Assembly: GCA_963808755.1 (NCBI GenBank)
Contig: CAWEGP010000002.1
Location: 379,245-443,244 of the forward strand
Direction of reading: 5' to 3'
DNA: 64,000 nucleotides
Source: Candidatus Eremiobacteria bacterium
Lineage (GTDB): Bacteria; Vulcanimicrobiota; Vulcanimicrobiia; Vulcanimicrobiales; Vulcanimicrobiaceae
Within the stretch, counting starts at the first letter, position 1. The number at the start of each line of letters is the position of its first letter. Under the pieces are notes generated by a model that was given only the letters and a program-made list of their open reading frames with translations, was not told the DNA's origin and ran no database searches. The translations under genes were made by a program, and so were the position numbers. Below are positions 10,401-18,452 of the stretch, in pieces.

Positions 10401-11297
10401 CTAACGCAGGCTGGCGGGGGCTCTCAGTGCTATCTCGCCGGTAGCCCTGCTGCATGTTCTACGGCGGGCGCGATTCTGAACCCATACTACAACACAGCAT
10501 TGCAGTCACCCATCGCAACAAACGGATGGTATCCGGGCGGTGACGCCGGTTTGTCTGCAACGAACAATCCGACGACGACGTATTTCGATTCACCTTGGAA
10601 CGGAACGCTTATTCTGAACTACCGCAAGAGGAAGTTTGCAATTACGCCTTCCATTCAAATAGCCGAAGGATCATCATACGGCGGCCCGCTGGACGTGGTA
10701 GGCATCGACCCGCGCACATGCGGTGCGAATTCGTCACAAAACTTCCGGCCAAATCCCTCGTACGACCCTTCGCAGCCGGTCAGTCCGACGAACATGCCGA
10801 CGGTTGCAGTGACACCGATAACAACGCTGTCGCCAAACACAAATCCGAACCAGTGCGACGCGCTAACCGCACCCGGCACCTTCTCAGCAGCGGCTGGACA
10901 ACTCTTCATTCCGAATCCGCAGACTGGACAGTTTGCGCAACCCGGAGCCTACCGAAATCCGTGGGTAGTCGTCGGCAACCTCGCGATGTCGTACGATCTT
11001 TCACCACGCCTGTCGGCCAGCGTAACGGTTGGCAATCTGTTCCACACGTGCTTCGGCGGAACGAAAATGCCATGGACAGCGGCGTACGGCCCGAGCCCGA
11101 GCAGCTGTGGCTATACGCCGAATCCGCTCTACGTCTCAAACTTCTACAACGGCACGAGTCCATACGATGCTGCTGCGAACGGAACCACTCCGTATCCGTG
11201 GCAAGTGCAATCGTACATACCGTCTCGTAGTGGCTCGGATGCAGGTGGCATTCCATCGCCACTCAATGTGTTCTTCTCGCTCAATGTGAAAATGTAG
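7416..11297 (+). CDS. Giant outer-membrane TonB-dependent-receptor-like protein with N-terminal carboxypeptidase-regulatory-like domain (1293 aa)
   Basis: Signal peptide. 'GGVVMGEDGKPVSGAAVKV...TDSSGHFNFLSLAPDTYTVSIGKEGY' is a CarbopepD_reg-like fold. The long Gly/Ser/Thr/Asn/Tyr-rich remainder is consistent with a beta-barrel. SD AAGAGGAAA upstream. Confidence 0.6.
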   Translation: MKRLTLRRSLVALLTALLTLCQVTWALAGTTGGLGGVVMGEDGKPVSGAAVKVASASQTSTTETDSSGHFNFLSLAPDTYTVSIGKEGYNPIAYAGVSVFADNQVALSFRMQKQLKTIANVTSRAAGDVVKSGVGSDIYNVNAKQIDAAAVLGGGANLNNAYSAISSVPGVTVPSGGMGWNQPTYVRGSQSFFTGFEYDGIPVNRSFDNYVASTESNLGLQELQVYTGGGPSSNSSSGTSGFINQVIKTGTYPGYFSLNGGIGTPTFYHQLKIETGGATPDRRFSYYAGLSGYDQSFRYLNNQNGANFMQPGDVRDGYSTASTGTIQNLVFETVAPLCNPGTNVTPSSVSGLSWFQPDLNLISGGSATSNCLITYPNQYGYINGISDRENIFNFHFRIPRKNGQSDDLQLLGSTSELRTSVDSSINDAGGYDAYTLAVTGQPYCAPTQQSNSNPACGTGSSYAPNYPNYVDAVVYNAPFGTPISTLKTQVYYQPSSSDPARGYLAQIPANLRDVQDNDTGVVKLQYTHQLGSNAYIRAFGYTFYSDWMITFPNYAYNGYQEGIGGPTDANSISGAANYDLITHTAGGELQFADQLTSAHLLELTANYTTANVIRFNNSGFTSGPSASPIGIVSDSGGQFSCWDEHPGDSTFDQTVPCVPSGSAFKKWGSHASSGPYNNAAIGPNAAAAGAQWITLWDGNAAGSYNTVKPDFSFVSLGDQWRPNDKLLLNFNLRYENYLYKMPSQASLATQFYAQVEQHDVCVNGSGGVLTQPLLPGQPPPAPVIYTSSCSAGTVVKGYPNGLPAGYSHPNFSANSPPSYTIANVSPRFSATYSQSPDTVWRVSAGRFTEPPISASIQYLNTSGNNLTVWNATLPLGFDSPFHPIPEMTANQFDLSLERHIRGSDVSFKISPFYNLTNDYQEQAFIGPSFVTQAPVGQFRSTGAEFAISKGDFARDGLSGQLSLTYTDAKVQYGAFFGPNSNQLVGVNNVISEFNKLTQAGGGSQCYLAGSPAACSTAGAILNPYYNTALQSPIATNGWYPGGDAGLSATNNPTTTYFDSPWNGTLILNYRKRKFAITPSIQIAEGSSYGGPLDVVGIDPRTCGANSSQNFRPNPSYDPSQPVSPTNMPTVAVTPITTLSPNTNPNQCDALTAPGTFSAAAGQLFIPNPQTGQFAQPGAYRNPWVVVGNLAMSYDLSPRLSASVTVGNLFHTCFGGTKMPWTAAYGPSPSSCGYTPNPLYVSNFYNGTSPYDAAANGTTPYPWQVQSYIPSRSGSDAGGIPSPLNVFFSLNVKM

Positions 11298-11329
11298 CTC
11301 TCTGGGTCTCAGCACATAAGCGAGGGTAC

Positions 11330-11363
11330 ACGAAGGGTCTCCAGATCGCTGGGGACCCTTCGT
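11330..11363. repeat. REP-like palindromic element, copy 1 (ACGAAGGGTC ... GACCCTTCGT hairpin) just downstream of the TBDR-like gene
   Basis: Perfect 10-bp stem ACGAAGGGTC/GACCCTTCGT with an internally palindromic loop (tCCAGatcgCTGGg). The same stem recurs at 15874-15907. Confidence 0.5.
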
Positions 11364-11485
11364 TACTCCCGCGAGCGTGGCTCCCCTCATTTTTGCGCTT
11401 CCGGCTCTTTATCGTCCGCTCAAACCACTCTATGGTCGATAGATACGCCTTATAAACCGTCTCGATCGTTTTCCGGGAGGACAGG

Positions 11486-11941
11486 ATGACGTCGCGATTT
11501 TATTCTTGTGCAGCGCTCGCGGCAATAGTGTGCTTTGCCTCGACAGCTGCAGCTATTGCGCAAGATGACCCGAAGAATGCGGTCGTCAAACGCATAACTG
11601 TTGAGATGGACGCCTTTTCGAGGGGAGATCGCGCCGCCTTCGTCGCTTCGTACGTCGTCGGACCAAGGATCGTAGACGACGTAGCACCATATGCTTGGAA
11701 CGATGCGGGCGGCTGGTACGACGCAGTCCGACCCTTGTTCCGCGACGTCACAATGGCGCCTGGTTCGCCGCTGGAAGTATTGGTCGACGCCAGTCACGCG
11801 TTCATCGCATTGCCATTCACAATCGTAGGGCACGGACGGAAGGGAAGTGTATTTAAAGCCAGTGGCTATTGGACGGGCGCGCTCGTTCAGAACTCGGGCG
11901 TCTGGCGAATCACGAACGCCACAATCACGATTAGCGAATGA
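11486..11941 (+). CDS. Secreted NTF2-like (SnoaL/DUF4440-like) small protein
   Basis: Signal peptide 'CAALAAIVCFASTAAAIAQ'. About 150 aa. Strong SD GGGAGGACAGG. Fold assignment is by composition/pattern only. Confidence 0.4.
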   Translation: MTSRFYSCAALAAIVCFASTAAAIAQDDPKNAVVKRITVEMDAFSRGDRAAFVASYVVGPRIVDDVAPYAWNDAGGWYDAVRPLFRDVTMAPGSPLEVLVDASHAFIALPFTIVGHGRKGSVFKASGYWTGALVQNSGVWRITNATITISE

Positions 11942-11998
11942 TTCACGCAGACACGGCACGCAGGTGAGCCTAATAATCTACCCTAGAGGGAGGGCAGC

Positions 11999-12307
11999 AT
12001 GGCGGACATCAGTCAATTGCGCCAAGCGATAATCTCACGAGTACTCGATGGTGATGCAAAAACATCGCCTGCGTTACGTCGTGGCGCTTTTGACAACGAG
12101 GGACTCGAGCCGCCGTTGTACACTCTCGTCGAAAAGGTTGCCATGCGCGCCAACGAGGTTACTGACGACGACATCGCCGCAGCTCGAACGTGCGGTTTCA
12201 GCGAAGACGAGATCTTCGAGATCGTCGTCTGCGCTGCGATTGGGCAGGCAACTCGTCAACACGATGCGGCGCTTGCAGCACTCTCCGCGGCGATCGGCGC
12301 AGAATAA
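11999..12307 (+). CDS. Small carboxymuconolactone-decarboxylase (AhpD-like) family protein
   Basis: 102 aa helical protein, 'EDEIFEIVVCAAIGQATRQHDAAL' in CMD style. SD GAGGGAGGG. Confidence 0.4.
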   Translation: MADISQLRQAIISRVLDGDAKTSPALRRGAFDNEGLEPPLYTLVEKVAMRANEVTDDDIAAARTCGFSEDEIFEIVVCAAIGQATRQHDAALAALSAAIGAE

Positions 12308-12314
12308 ATACACC

Positions 12315-12896
12315 ATGCGTCTCGCTGTCCTCGATGGAGGTCACCGCTTCGGCACCAAGGTGTTGTTCGCGATAATACGCGCTGTGTCGCGCCGTCCGGT
12401 ACCCGAACCTGTCAAGCTCGTCATGTATCGAAGCGACTTTTACGGAACGCATATGGGGCGCATAACCCAAGAAGCGATGCGCGGCCCTTCAGCGTGGTCG
12501 ATTGCCGACCGTGAACTGATGGCCGCACTTGTCTCAACGATGAACGGAAGCGAATATTGCATTAAGGCGCACTCAGCGGTCTCGGCGAAGGCGTACGGCG
12601 ATGAAGCAAAGGTTGTCGCCGCCCTGAGCGATCTCGACAACGCGCCGATTAACGAACAACTTCGTGCTACGTTGCGGATGCTGCAGAAGCTGACGCGCGA
12701 GCGCACCGTGAGCGTCGAGGACATGCAAAGTCTGCTCACCGCCGGGATTTCGCGCGAGCAAATACGGGATTCGCTAGCCGTCTGCTTCGTGTTCGATACG
12801 ATCAATCGCCTTGCCGACACATTCAAGTTCTCGGTCGGGCCGCCTGAGGACTTCGAAGCGGGTGCCCAATACCTGCTTGGCCACGGCTATCGCTAG
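12315..12896 (+). CDS. Carboxymuconolactone decarboxylase / AhpD-like family protein (true start at internal ATG 12315 of ORF 12048..)
   Basis: 'GSEYCIKAHSAVSAKAYG' is the CxxxH core motif of the CMD/AhpD family. About 193 aa. Confidence 0.55.
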   Translation: MRLAVLDGGHRFGTKVLFAIIRAVSRRPVPEPVKLVMYRSDFYGTHMGRITQEAMRGPSAWSIADRELMAALVSTMNGSEYCIKAHSAVSAKAYGDEAKVVAALSDLDNAPINEQLRATLRMLQKLTRERTVSVEDMQSLLTAGISREQIRDSLAVCFVFDTINRLADTFKFSVGPPEDFEAGAQYLLGHGYR

Positions 12897-13471
12897 CGAA
12901 CGCAAGCGCCCGTGATGCAATCTCCGAATGCGAACATGTAGCCTCGAACGATTTGATCAACGCACGGCAAAAGTTGAGCGCAGGGCCATCGTTAAGGCAG
13001 AGTATTGCGAAGCACAAGGCAAATACACCAAAATGTACAAAGCGCTCTTGCGGGGCTCGAATTTCGAAGTTCGTGACAGACGAAAGCTGCGTCTGCTTCA
13101 AACAGCGCACACACGAAAAACTGAAGACAGTTCGAACTGCTGCAATAACGGCGATCAGCAGCAGCATGGAATGTGAAAAAGCTCACCGCCGTTGAAACCA
13201 TTATGCGCCGTTTGGCGGAAAGCTGCAAGATGCTCGAAGCCAAAATATGGCCGGCCTCGTCAGCCGTCAGATCATCCACGAACGCTGCACGGTCATAAGC
13301 TCGTGTACGATCCTCGCGCTGCCGCGGATGCCGACGCCAAGATGATAGACTTCTTCGCGCGCTGCCTCAAGCCATGAGTCATGGACCGATCGATTCGTTC
13401 ATGCACAACGCCGGCGCGCGATTGATCGATCTTTGATTGCTTTCCCGCCCGCACAGATGCTAGATGGACGC

Positions 13472-14359
13472 ATGACACGACCAGAATCTCGCCGCCGATT
13501 CCTCGCAATAGTCGCGGCACTCGCCATGTCGACGACCGCGCCGGCATTTGCATCCGGCCCCGCGCCGCTTCCGGCTCCTGCGATATTCCCCGCGGCTGAC
13601 GGTGCGGTCGCGTTCTCGCCGGACGGCACGACGATGTTGTTTGCGCACTCTGTCGGCAAGACGGTCGAAATCGATGCTTCGCACTTCGCCGGCGGTTCGT
13701 GGTCAACGCCGGCCATCGCGCCGTTTTCCGGCAAATGGAACGACTGGGATCCGGCGTTTGCGCCCGACGGCTCGTACGTCGTGTTCGTTTCCGGGCGCCC
13801 GGTGCCAGGCAGCGCGGAGAAGACGAACAACCTCTGGCGCACCGACCTCCACGGCGACACATGGAGCGAGCCGGTGCATTTGCCGCCGGCGGTCAACATT
13901 GCATCCTATATCTTCGCCCCAAGCATCGCGAGTGACGGGACGATCTATTTCTTACGCAGCAGCAAGCAGCGCGTACATCAGCTTTGCCGGGCGCGTTTAC
14001 AGAACGGCATGTACCAGCAAGCAGAGCCGCTCACATTTAGCAGTCCGGCGAACGATGACTATGATCCCGAGACCGCGCCCGACCAATCATTCGTCATCTT
14101 CGCAAGTGACCACCGCAAGGGAACCGACACAAATGAACAACTCTATATCGTTTTTGCGCATGGCGACGGCTGGGGAGCGGTCCAACCGCTGCATTACAGC
14201 GGTGACGATACCAGCAACGACGGCAGTCCCGTGCTCAGTCCGGACGGGAAGACGCTCTACTTCGTAAGCGACCGCCGCTACAACAATACGACCGACGGGC
14301 GCGTCTGGGCGCTCCCGATCGGACAGTGGATCGACGCCGCGCGCAAAAGCATTCCGTAA
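13472..14359 (+). CDS. Secreted WD40-like (PD40/TolB-like) beta-propeller repeat protein
   Basis: Tat/Sec-like leader 'RRRFLAIVAALAMSTTAPAFA'. Repeated 'SPDG/APDGS..VF' PD40 units (AFSPDGTTMLF, FAPDGSYVVFVS, LSPDGKTLYFVSDR). Confidence 0.6.
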   Translation: MTRPESRRRFLAIVAALAMSTTAPAFASGPAPLPAPAIFPAADGAVAFSPDGTTMLFAHSVGKTVEIDASHFAGGSWSTPAIAPFSGKWNDWDPAFAPDGSYVVFVSGRPVPGSAEKTNNLWRTDLHGDTWSEPVHLPPAVNIASYIFAPSIASDGTIYFLRSSKQRVHQLCRARLQNGMYQQAEPLTFSSPANDDYDPETAPDQSFVIFASDHRKGTDTNEQLYIVFAHGDGWGAVQPLHYSGDDTSNDGSPVLSPDGKTLYFVSDRRYNNTTDGRVWALPIGQWIDAARKSIP

Positions 14360-14399
14360 CCGACAACGAGCCGCGCGAAAGCGGACACGGTTCCAAACG

Positions 14400-14609
14400 T
14401 CATTCGTTCGGCGTCGCTTCCCATTTTGGTTTTGTTTCTCTGCTCCATTTTTGTGGATCTTCGTTATGCATCTGTTCCATTGACTTTGCGGTGTCTGGAT
14501 GCTTTTGGATCACATGCTTGGTCATAACTTGGACCATCTCGTCCCATGATTCGGCCGACAGCTTTTCGTCGCATGCGCCGCCCAGCATTTTGCACGTCAT
14601 CGTCTTCAT
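14400..14609 (-). CDS. DUF1059-family small protein
   Basis: 'MKTMTCKMLGGACDEKLSAESWDEM...' matches the characteristic DUF1059 N-terminus (MK.M.CKqlGG.CD). 69 aa. Confidence 0.5.
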   Translation of the reverse strand: MKTMTCKMLGGACDEKLSAESWDEMVQVMTKHVIQKHPDTAKSMEQMHNEDPQKWSRETKPKWEATPNE

Positions 14610-14691
14610 GCCGTATTCCTACCCCTTTTCTCCTAAAATGTTTGAAACACGCGGACTCGTAGGTCGTATGTGAGGTACGGAGGATCTCCTA

Positions 14692-15837
14692 TTGCGTTTT
14701 ATTGCTGCATTATGTGCATTTGTACTACTTGCTGCGTCCCCGCCCGCATTGAACCTGACCGGAACGTGGCAAGGGACGATGAAGGTACCGGGTATCGGCA
14801 CTTTGCCTCGTGTCATGCGTATCAAGGAGACGAACGGCGCCTACGATATCAAGATCTACAGCACCGAAGAGAGCGATGTCCCGATCGCGACGCGAAACGT
14901 CAAGGTAGATGGATCGGCCATCACAATGACGTTCGACATGAATACCGATCCATGGATGGATTATCATCGCGTCTACTACGCGAAGCTTTCAGCAGACGGA
15001 AAGTCGATGGCAGGTACGTGGGAGGGCATCGACCTCGGCAAGGTGTTGATGGCCTATCATCGCACGCCGCCGGTTGCGATTCACACCTTTGCGCCAGTGC
15101 ATGATCTCTACGTTGAGGTTGCGCCGGGAGTCAAGGATGAGGTGCTGGATTGGGGCGGCACCGGCCGCCCTATGGTTTTACTTGCTGGTCAGGGAGTCAC
15201 GGCGCGCGGCTGGCGCCCGATCGTCCCGCATCTCGTAACGAAATACCACGTCTATTCGATAACGCGTCGCGGGTACGGCAATTCCACCAAGCCGGCCCCG
15301 ACCGCAGCAAACTACGATGCAGACCGCTTAGGCAAAGACGTACTTGTCGTTCTCGATAAGCTGCATATCAACAAACCGATTCTCGCCGGCCATTCGCTTG
15401 CCGGTGAAGAGTTGAGCTATATCGGAACGAAGGCTCCGGACAAAGCTGTGGCGCTGATTTATCTTGATTCGGCATATGACTACGCCTACGACGGCGGCAT
15501 TCCGAGTCCGGCCCCCGGAACTCCGCCGCCGGGATATCATGAGCCAGCGATCGACAAAGCGATCGACAGCCATACGGACCATTTCACCTCGAGAATCAGG
15601 CTTCCGATTTTGGCCATCTACGCCCACCCCACCGATATGAAGCCGCAGCCCGGTATCTCTCAAGCGGACATCGACGCGTGGAACGCGTTCACCGCAAAAC
15701 AGATCGTCGCGTTCAGAAAGGGCCAACCGAATGCAAAAGTGATCGTGCTTCCAAATGCCGATCACTTCGTCTACATCTCAAACAAACAAGAAGTGCTGCG
15801 ATATATGGACGCGTTCATTGCATCACTTCCAAAGTAA
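14692..15837 (+). CDS. Secreted alpha/beta-hydrolase fold protein with extra N-terminal domain (TTG start with GGAGGA SD)
   Basis: Signal peptide. Nucleophile elbow 'GHSLAG' (GxSxG) within a typical alpha/beta hydrolase core ('VLLAGQGVTARGW'). Confidence 0.6.
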   Translation: MRFIAALCAFVLLAASPPALNLTGTWQGTMKVPGIGTLPRVMRIKETNGAYDIKIYSTEESDVPIATRNVKVDGSAITMTFDMNTDPWMDYHRVYYAKLSADGKSMAGTWEGIDLGKVLMAYHRTPPVAIHTFAPVHDLYVEVAPGVKDEVLDWGGTGRPMVLLAGQGVTARGWRPIVPHLVTKYHVYSITRRGYGNSTKPAPTAANYDADRLGKDVLVVLDKLHINKPILAGHSLAGEELSYIGTKAPDKAVALIYLDSAYDYAYDGGIPSPAPGTPPPGYHEPAIDKAIDSHTDHFTSRIRLPILAIYAHPTDMKPQPGISQADIDAWNAFTAKQIVAFRKGQPNAKVIVLPNADHFVYISNKQEVLRYMDAFIASLPK

Positions 15838-15873
15838 GCCGCCTGAGCGAAGCGTGAAGCGGAAATATGCTGA

Positions 15874-15907
15874 ACGAAGGGTCACCGGCATTGCCGGGAC
15901 CCTTCGT
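15874..15907. repeat. REP-like palindromic element, copy 2; probably acts as the terminator of the hydrolase gene
   Basis: Same ACGAAGGGTC/GACCCTTCGT stem as 11330-11363. Loop ACCGGCAttGCCGG, followed by TTTCTGTT. Confidence 0.5.
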
Positions 15908-15916
15908 TTCTGTTGG

Positions 15917-16417
15917 TTAGCAGTATGGACCCTTGCAGCCCGGAGGCGGACTCGGCGCGCCCGTTTGCCCAGCAACGAGAGCGATAGAAAATCCTTGAAC
16001 GCCGTTTCCTGTGGGCGGTTGGCCGGCCTTGTCGCTAACGAACGTGTAGAGCGGTGCTCCGCTATACGCCCATTGCGAACCCGCCGGATTCGTGCGTGTG
16101 ACGATCGTAAAAGATCCCACTGCCGTTGATGAAGCGCCCGCCATCTGAGGCGGCCAAATTGCCGCGCACGAACCGGTGCAATTGGAAACGCCGGCTGTGT
16201 CGCCGTTGAACGTGTAGAGCGGAAGACCGCCTTGAGTCTCCCAAATGTTTTGACCGCCGACGCTGACCGACTGTGGCAACGTCGGATCGTTAGCACCACC
16301 GGTGTTCGGCGTTGTGGTGGGAACGACGGCAACGCCGCCGCCGCCGCTGCCGCCACCGCCGCATCCGGCCAGCGCGACCACTGTTGAGAAAAAGATCCCT
16401 ATGATTAATCTGTGCAT
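15917..16417 (-). CDS. Lipoprotein with secreted repeat of unknown function (COG4315 / Lipoprotein_15-like)
   Basis: Lipobox 'ALAGCGGG'. Repeated 'GxPLYTFxxDxxG...CxGxCAxxWPP' units. Confidence 0.45.
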   Translation of the reverse strand: MHRLIIGIFFSTVVALAGCGGGGSGGGGVAVVPTTTPNTGGANDPTLPQSVSVGGQNIWETQGGLPLYTFNGDTAGVSNCTGSCAAIWPPQMAGASSTAVGSFTIVTRTNPAGSQWAYSGAPLYTFVSDKAGQPPTGNGVQGFSIALVAGQTGAPSPPPGCKGPYC

Positions 16418-16574
16418 ACCTCTGTCCCTAAGAAGCTGAAGTGTGAGACAGAAGATAGGCGGCATTAATGAATAAAGTCTAAGTCTTCATGATTTTCATG
16501 AAGATGCTCTCGGCGCGACGAATCCTAGTCACGCTTGGCCGATTCGCCAATTCGCGACCCGCTGAACCCGTGGA

Positions 16575-17306
16575 TCAAAACGTTACCGTCACGTCGCCCA
16601 TGATCGTTCTTGCTCGGATCGCCGTGCTGGACGCGTTAGGCGCCGACGTCGGCAGATGCGCTCTGTTTTCGACGTCCCCTAGGCGCACCGAAGCAGCGAG
16701 GTAGCCGTTAAACCCACGCGGCACCCGGGCTACGACATCGCCTTGCGACACAGAAAGATCGAGCGTCGTGCCGTGCCAGCCGTTGGCCAAGGATGTGTCG
16801 ATATCTCCATGGCGTGTCGAAAGTACGAGTGATCCTGCTGCAGCCTTCACGGTAACGTCACCATTGGTCAAATGCGCGGTAACGTCGCGATTTGGGTTTT
16901 CCGCCGTAATATTGCCATTGACCCACTGAACCTCGAGACTCATGTTCCGCGGATATGTCACCGTCGTTTCGACATCGCACGCGTTCGTATAACCGAACAG
17001 CCGTCCACCGCTGGGACATTTAGCATCGATCTCTACGCGATTACCCATGCGCTGTGCGTGAACTATTGTCGTTAGCGCACTTTGATCACGCACGCGAACG
17101 CGAGCATGGATCGCAACGACGTTCGTTGCTGCCGCCACGAGGCGTACATCGCCATTTTCGCCTTGCACGACGAGACTGCTCGCCGTACCGGCCGGCACGC
17201 TTTGATCGACGATACGTTCGAAAGGCCATTGGTCTGCCAGGGCCGGAAGCGCTGCGTTCCACGCGAACGCAATAGAGAGCAACGCCGCTGTAACGATAAA
17301 TCGCAT
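16575..17306 (-). CDS. Secreted DUF4097-type (putative adhesin) beta-rich protein
   Basis: Signal peptide 'MRFIVTAALLSIAFAWNAALPALA'. Repeated 'NGDVTV / HGDIDT / QGDVV / MGDVTVTF' strands typical of DUF4097. GGAGGA SD. Confidence 0.45.
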   Translation of the reverse strand: MRFIVTAALLSIAFAWNAALPALADQWPFERIVDQSVPAGTASSLVVQGENGDVRLVAAATNVVAIHARVRVRDQSALTTIVHAQRMGNRVEIDAKCPSGGRLFGYTNACDVETTVTYPRNMSLEVQWVNGNITAENPNRDVTAHLTNGDVTVKAAAGSLVLSTRHGDIDTSLANGWHGTTLDLSVSQGDVVARVPRGFNGYLAASVRLGDVENRAHLPTSAPNASSTAIRARTIMGDVTVTF

Positions 17307-17389
17307 GTATCCTCCATCTTCTTCCATCTAGCGGAGGATCCCTCAGGTTGTTTCGCGGGGCTGTCTGGATAAACAATCGTGCCGCTCGA

Positions 17390-18226
17390 TCAGCATTGGA
17401 TCGAAGAACGCGGTGTCGGCTCGAGTTGCCAAACCTCAGGAACGATGAACATGTGCGCAAGCGCGAAATCACCTCGAACCTGCGCCCATTTTAGATCGGC
17501 CGTCAGCGACGCGAGATAGCTTTGATACGCCTGCTGGTCGGCAAAACAGGCCATCCAGAGAAACACATTCGTATTCGTGCGCACTGGTAGAGCAGGAAAA
17601 TTGTTCGGACTGTTGTCCGTCACTAGCGTCGCGATGATCTTCGCGCCATGGCTCTCAACGACTGGTCGGACCGTTCTTTCAAAAAAGTCATTGAAGTTTT
17701 GCTCGGTGCTATCGCGCAAATCGTAAATAGTAGCAACCGCAATCCCGTTGCCTCGCCGCACGGTACCGAGAGGAGGCCGTGGCTGGGACGGTCGTGCAAA
17801 GCCCGAACCGGTTTGCGCAGGGTGTAGCAACAAGACGTTATCGTTGTCGAGCAATACGGCGTTCACCGTTCCCCGGTACGATTTCCAGGTGACTCCCGAA
17901 TAAAATCTCTTAAAGGACGCTAAGCGGGCGGACATGCCGTCGAAACCCTGAAGCCAAAAGAACCGATTCGGATCATCGATCACTCGGAATTGACCGATGA
18001 CAGCGATTCCGGCAGACTCTTGGCTTTCTATAAAATGCCGGTCGTAGAGATCGACCAGAACTTCGCGCTTACCGGGAAGCACCGTGTACTGACGCAGTTC
18101 CACAATAGCGCAACAAGTTTGCGAGGAGCTCGGTGCGAGGGTATCTGCTGCCCCAGCGCATACCGTCAGCAGCAGAAAGCTGAAGGCAACGGCAATCCAA
18201 CACAACACCGATTGCAAAGGCTGCAT
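17390..18226 (-). CDS. Secreted NIPSNAP-domain protein (two NIPSNAP repeats)
   Basis: Signal peptide. 'VELRQYTVLPGKRE' and a second similar half match the NIPSNAP signature. Confidence 0.5.
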   Translation of the reverse strand: MQPLQSVLCWIAVAFSFLLLTVCAGAADTLAPSSSQTCCAIVELRQYTVLPGKREVLVDLYDRHFIESQESAGIAVIGQFRVIDDPNRFFWLQGFDGMSARLASFKRFYSGVTWKSYRGTVNAVLLDNDNVLLLHPAQTGSGFARPSQPRPPLGTVRRGNGIAVATIYDLRDSTEQNFNDFFERTVRPVVESHGAKIIATLVTDNSPNNFPALPVRTNTNVFLWMACFADQQAYQSYLASLTADLKWAQVRGDFALAHMFIVPEVWQLEPTPRSSIQC

Positions 18227-18388
18227 AGCGGCACTCTAACCGGGGCCGTAACGCATGGCAAGGCCCGGAACCGGCGAATCCGTTGGCGCCAGGCGCCGGC
18301 ATTTCGCGTTGCTCTCGTTTCGCTACGCCGATCGCCGTAGCCTCAACGCGGCTATTACATCGTCGAAACGCCCGTTCGGATATACAAC

Positions 18389-18409
18389 AGTGACCTAGGT
18401 CACTATAAT
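18389..18409. promoter_or_regulatory. Perfect 16-bp palindrome AGTGACCTAGGTCACT abutting a TATAAT -10 box in the divergent NIPSNAP/YVTN intergenic region (candidate repressor operator)
   Basis: Read directly: agtgacctaggtcacTATAATa. Lies between divergent starts 18226 (-) and 18453 (+). Confidence 0.4.
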
Positions 18410-18452
18410 AGATGTGCTTCGGTGTGAAGTTGCCTCGAAAGGATGGCATCTC

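Noticed and set aside
12823-13279. Short ORFs (95-114 aa) in the AT-rich gap
   Set aside because: Cys-rich low-complexity translations. No SD or credible start, overlapping each other on both strands.
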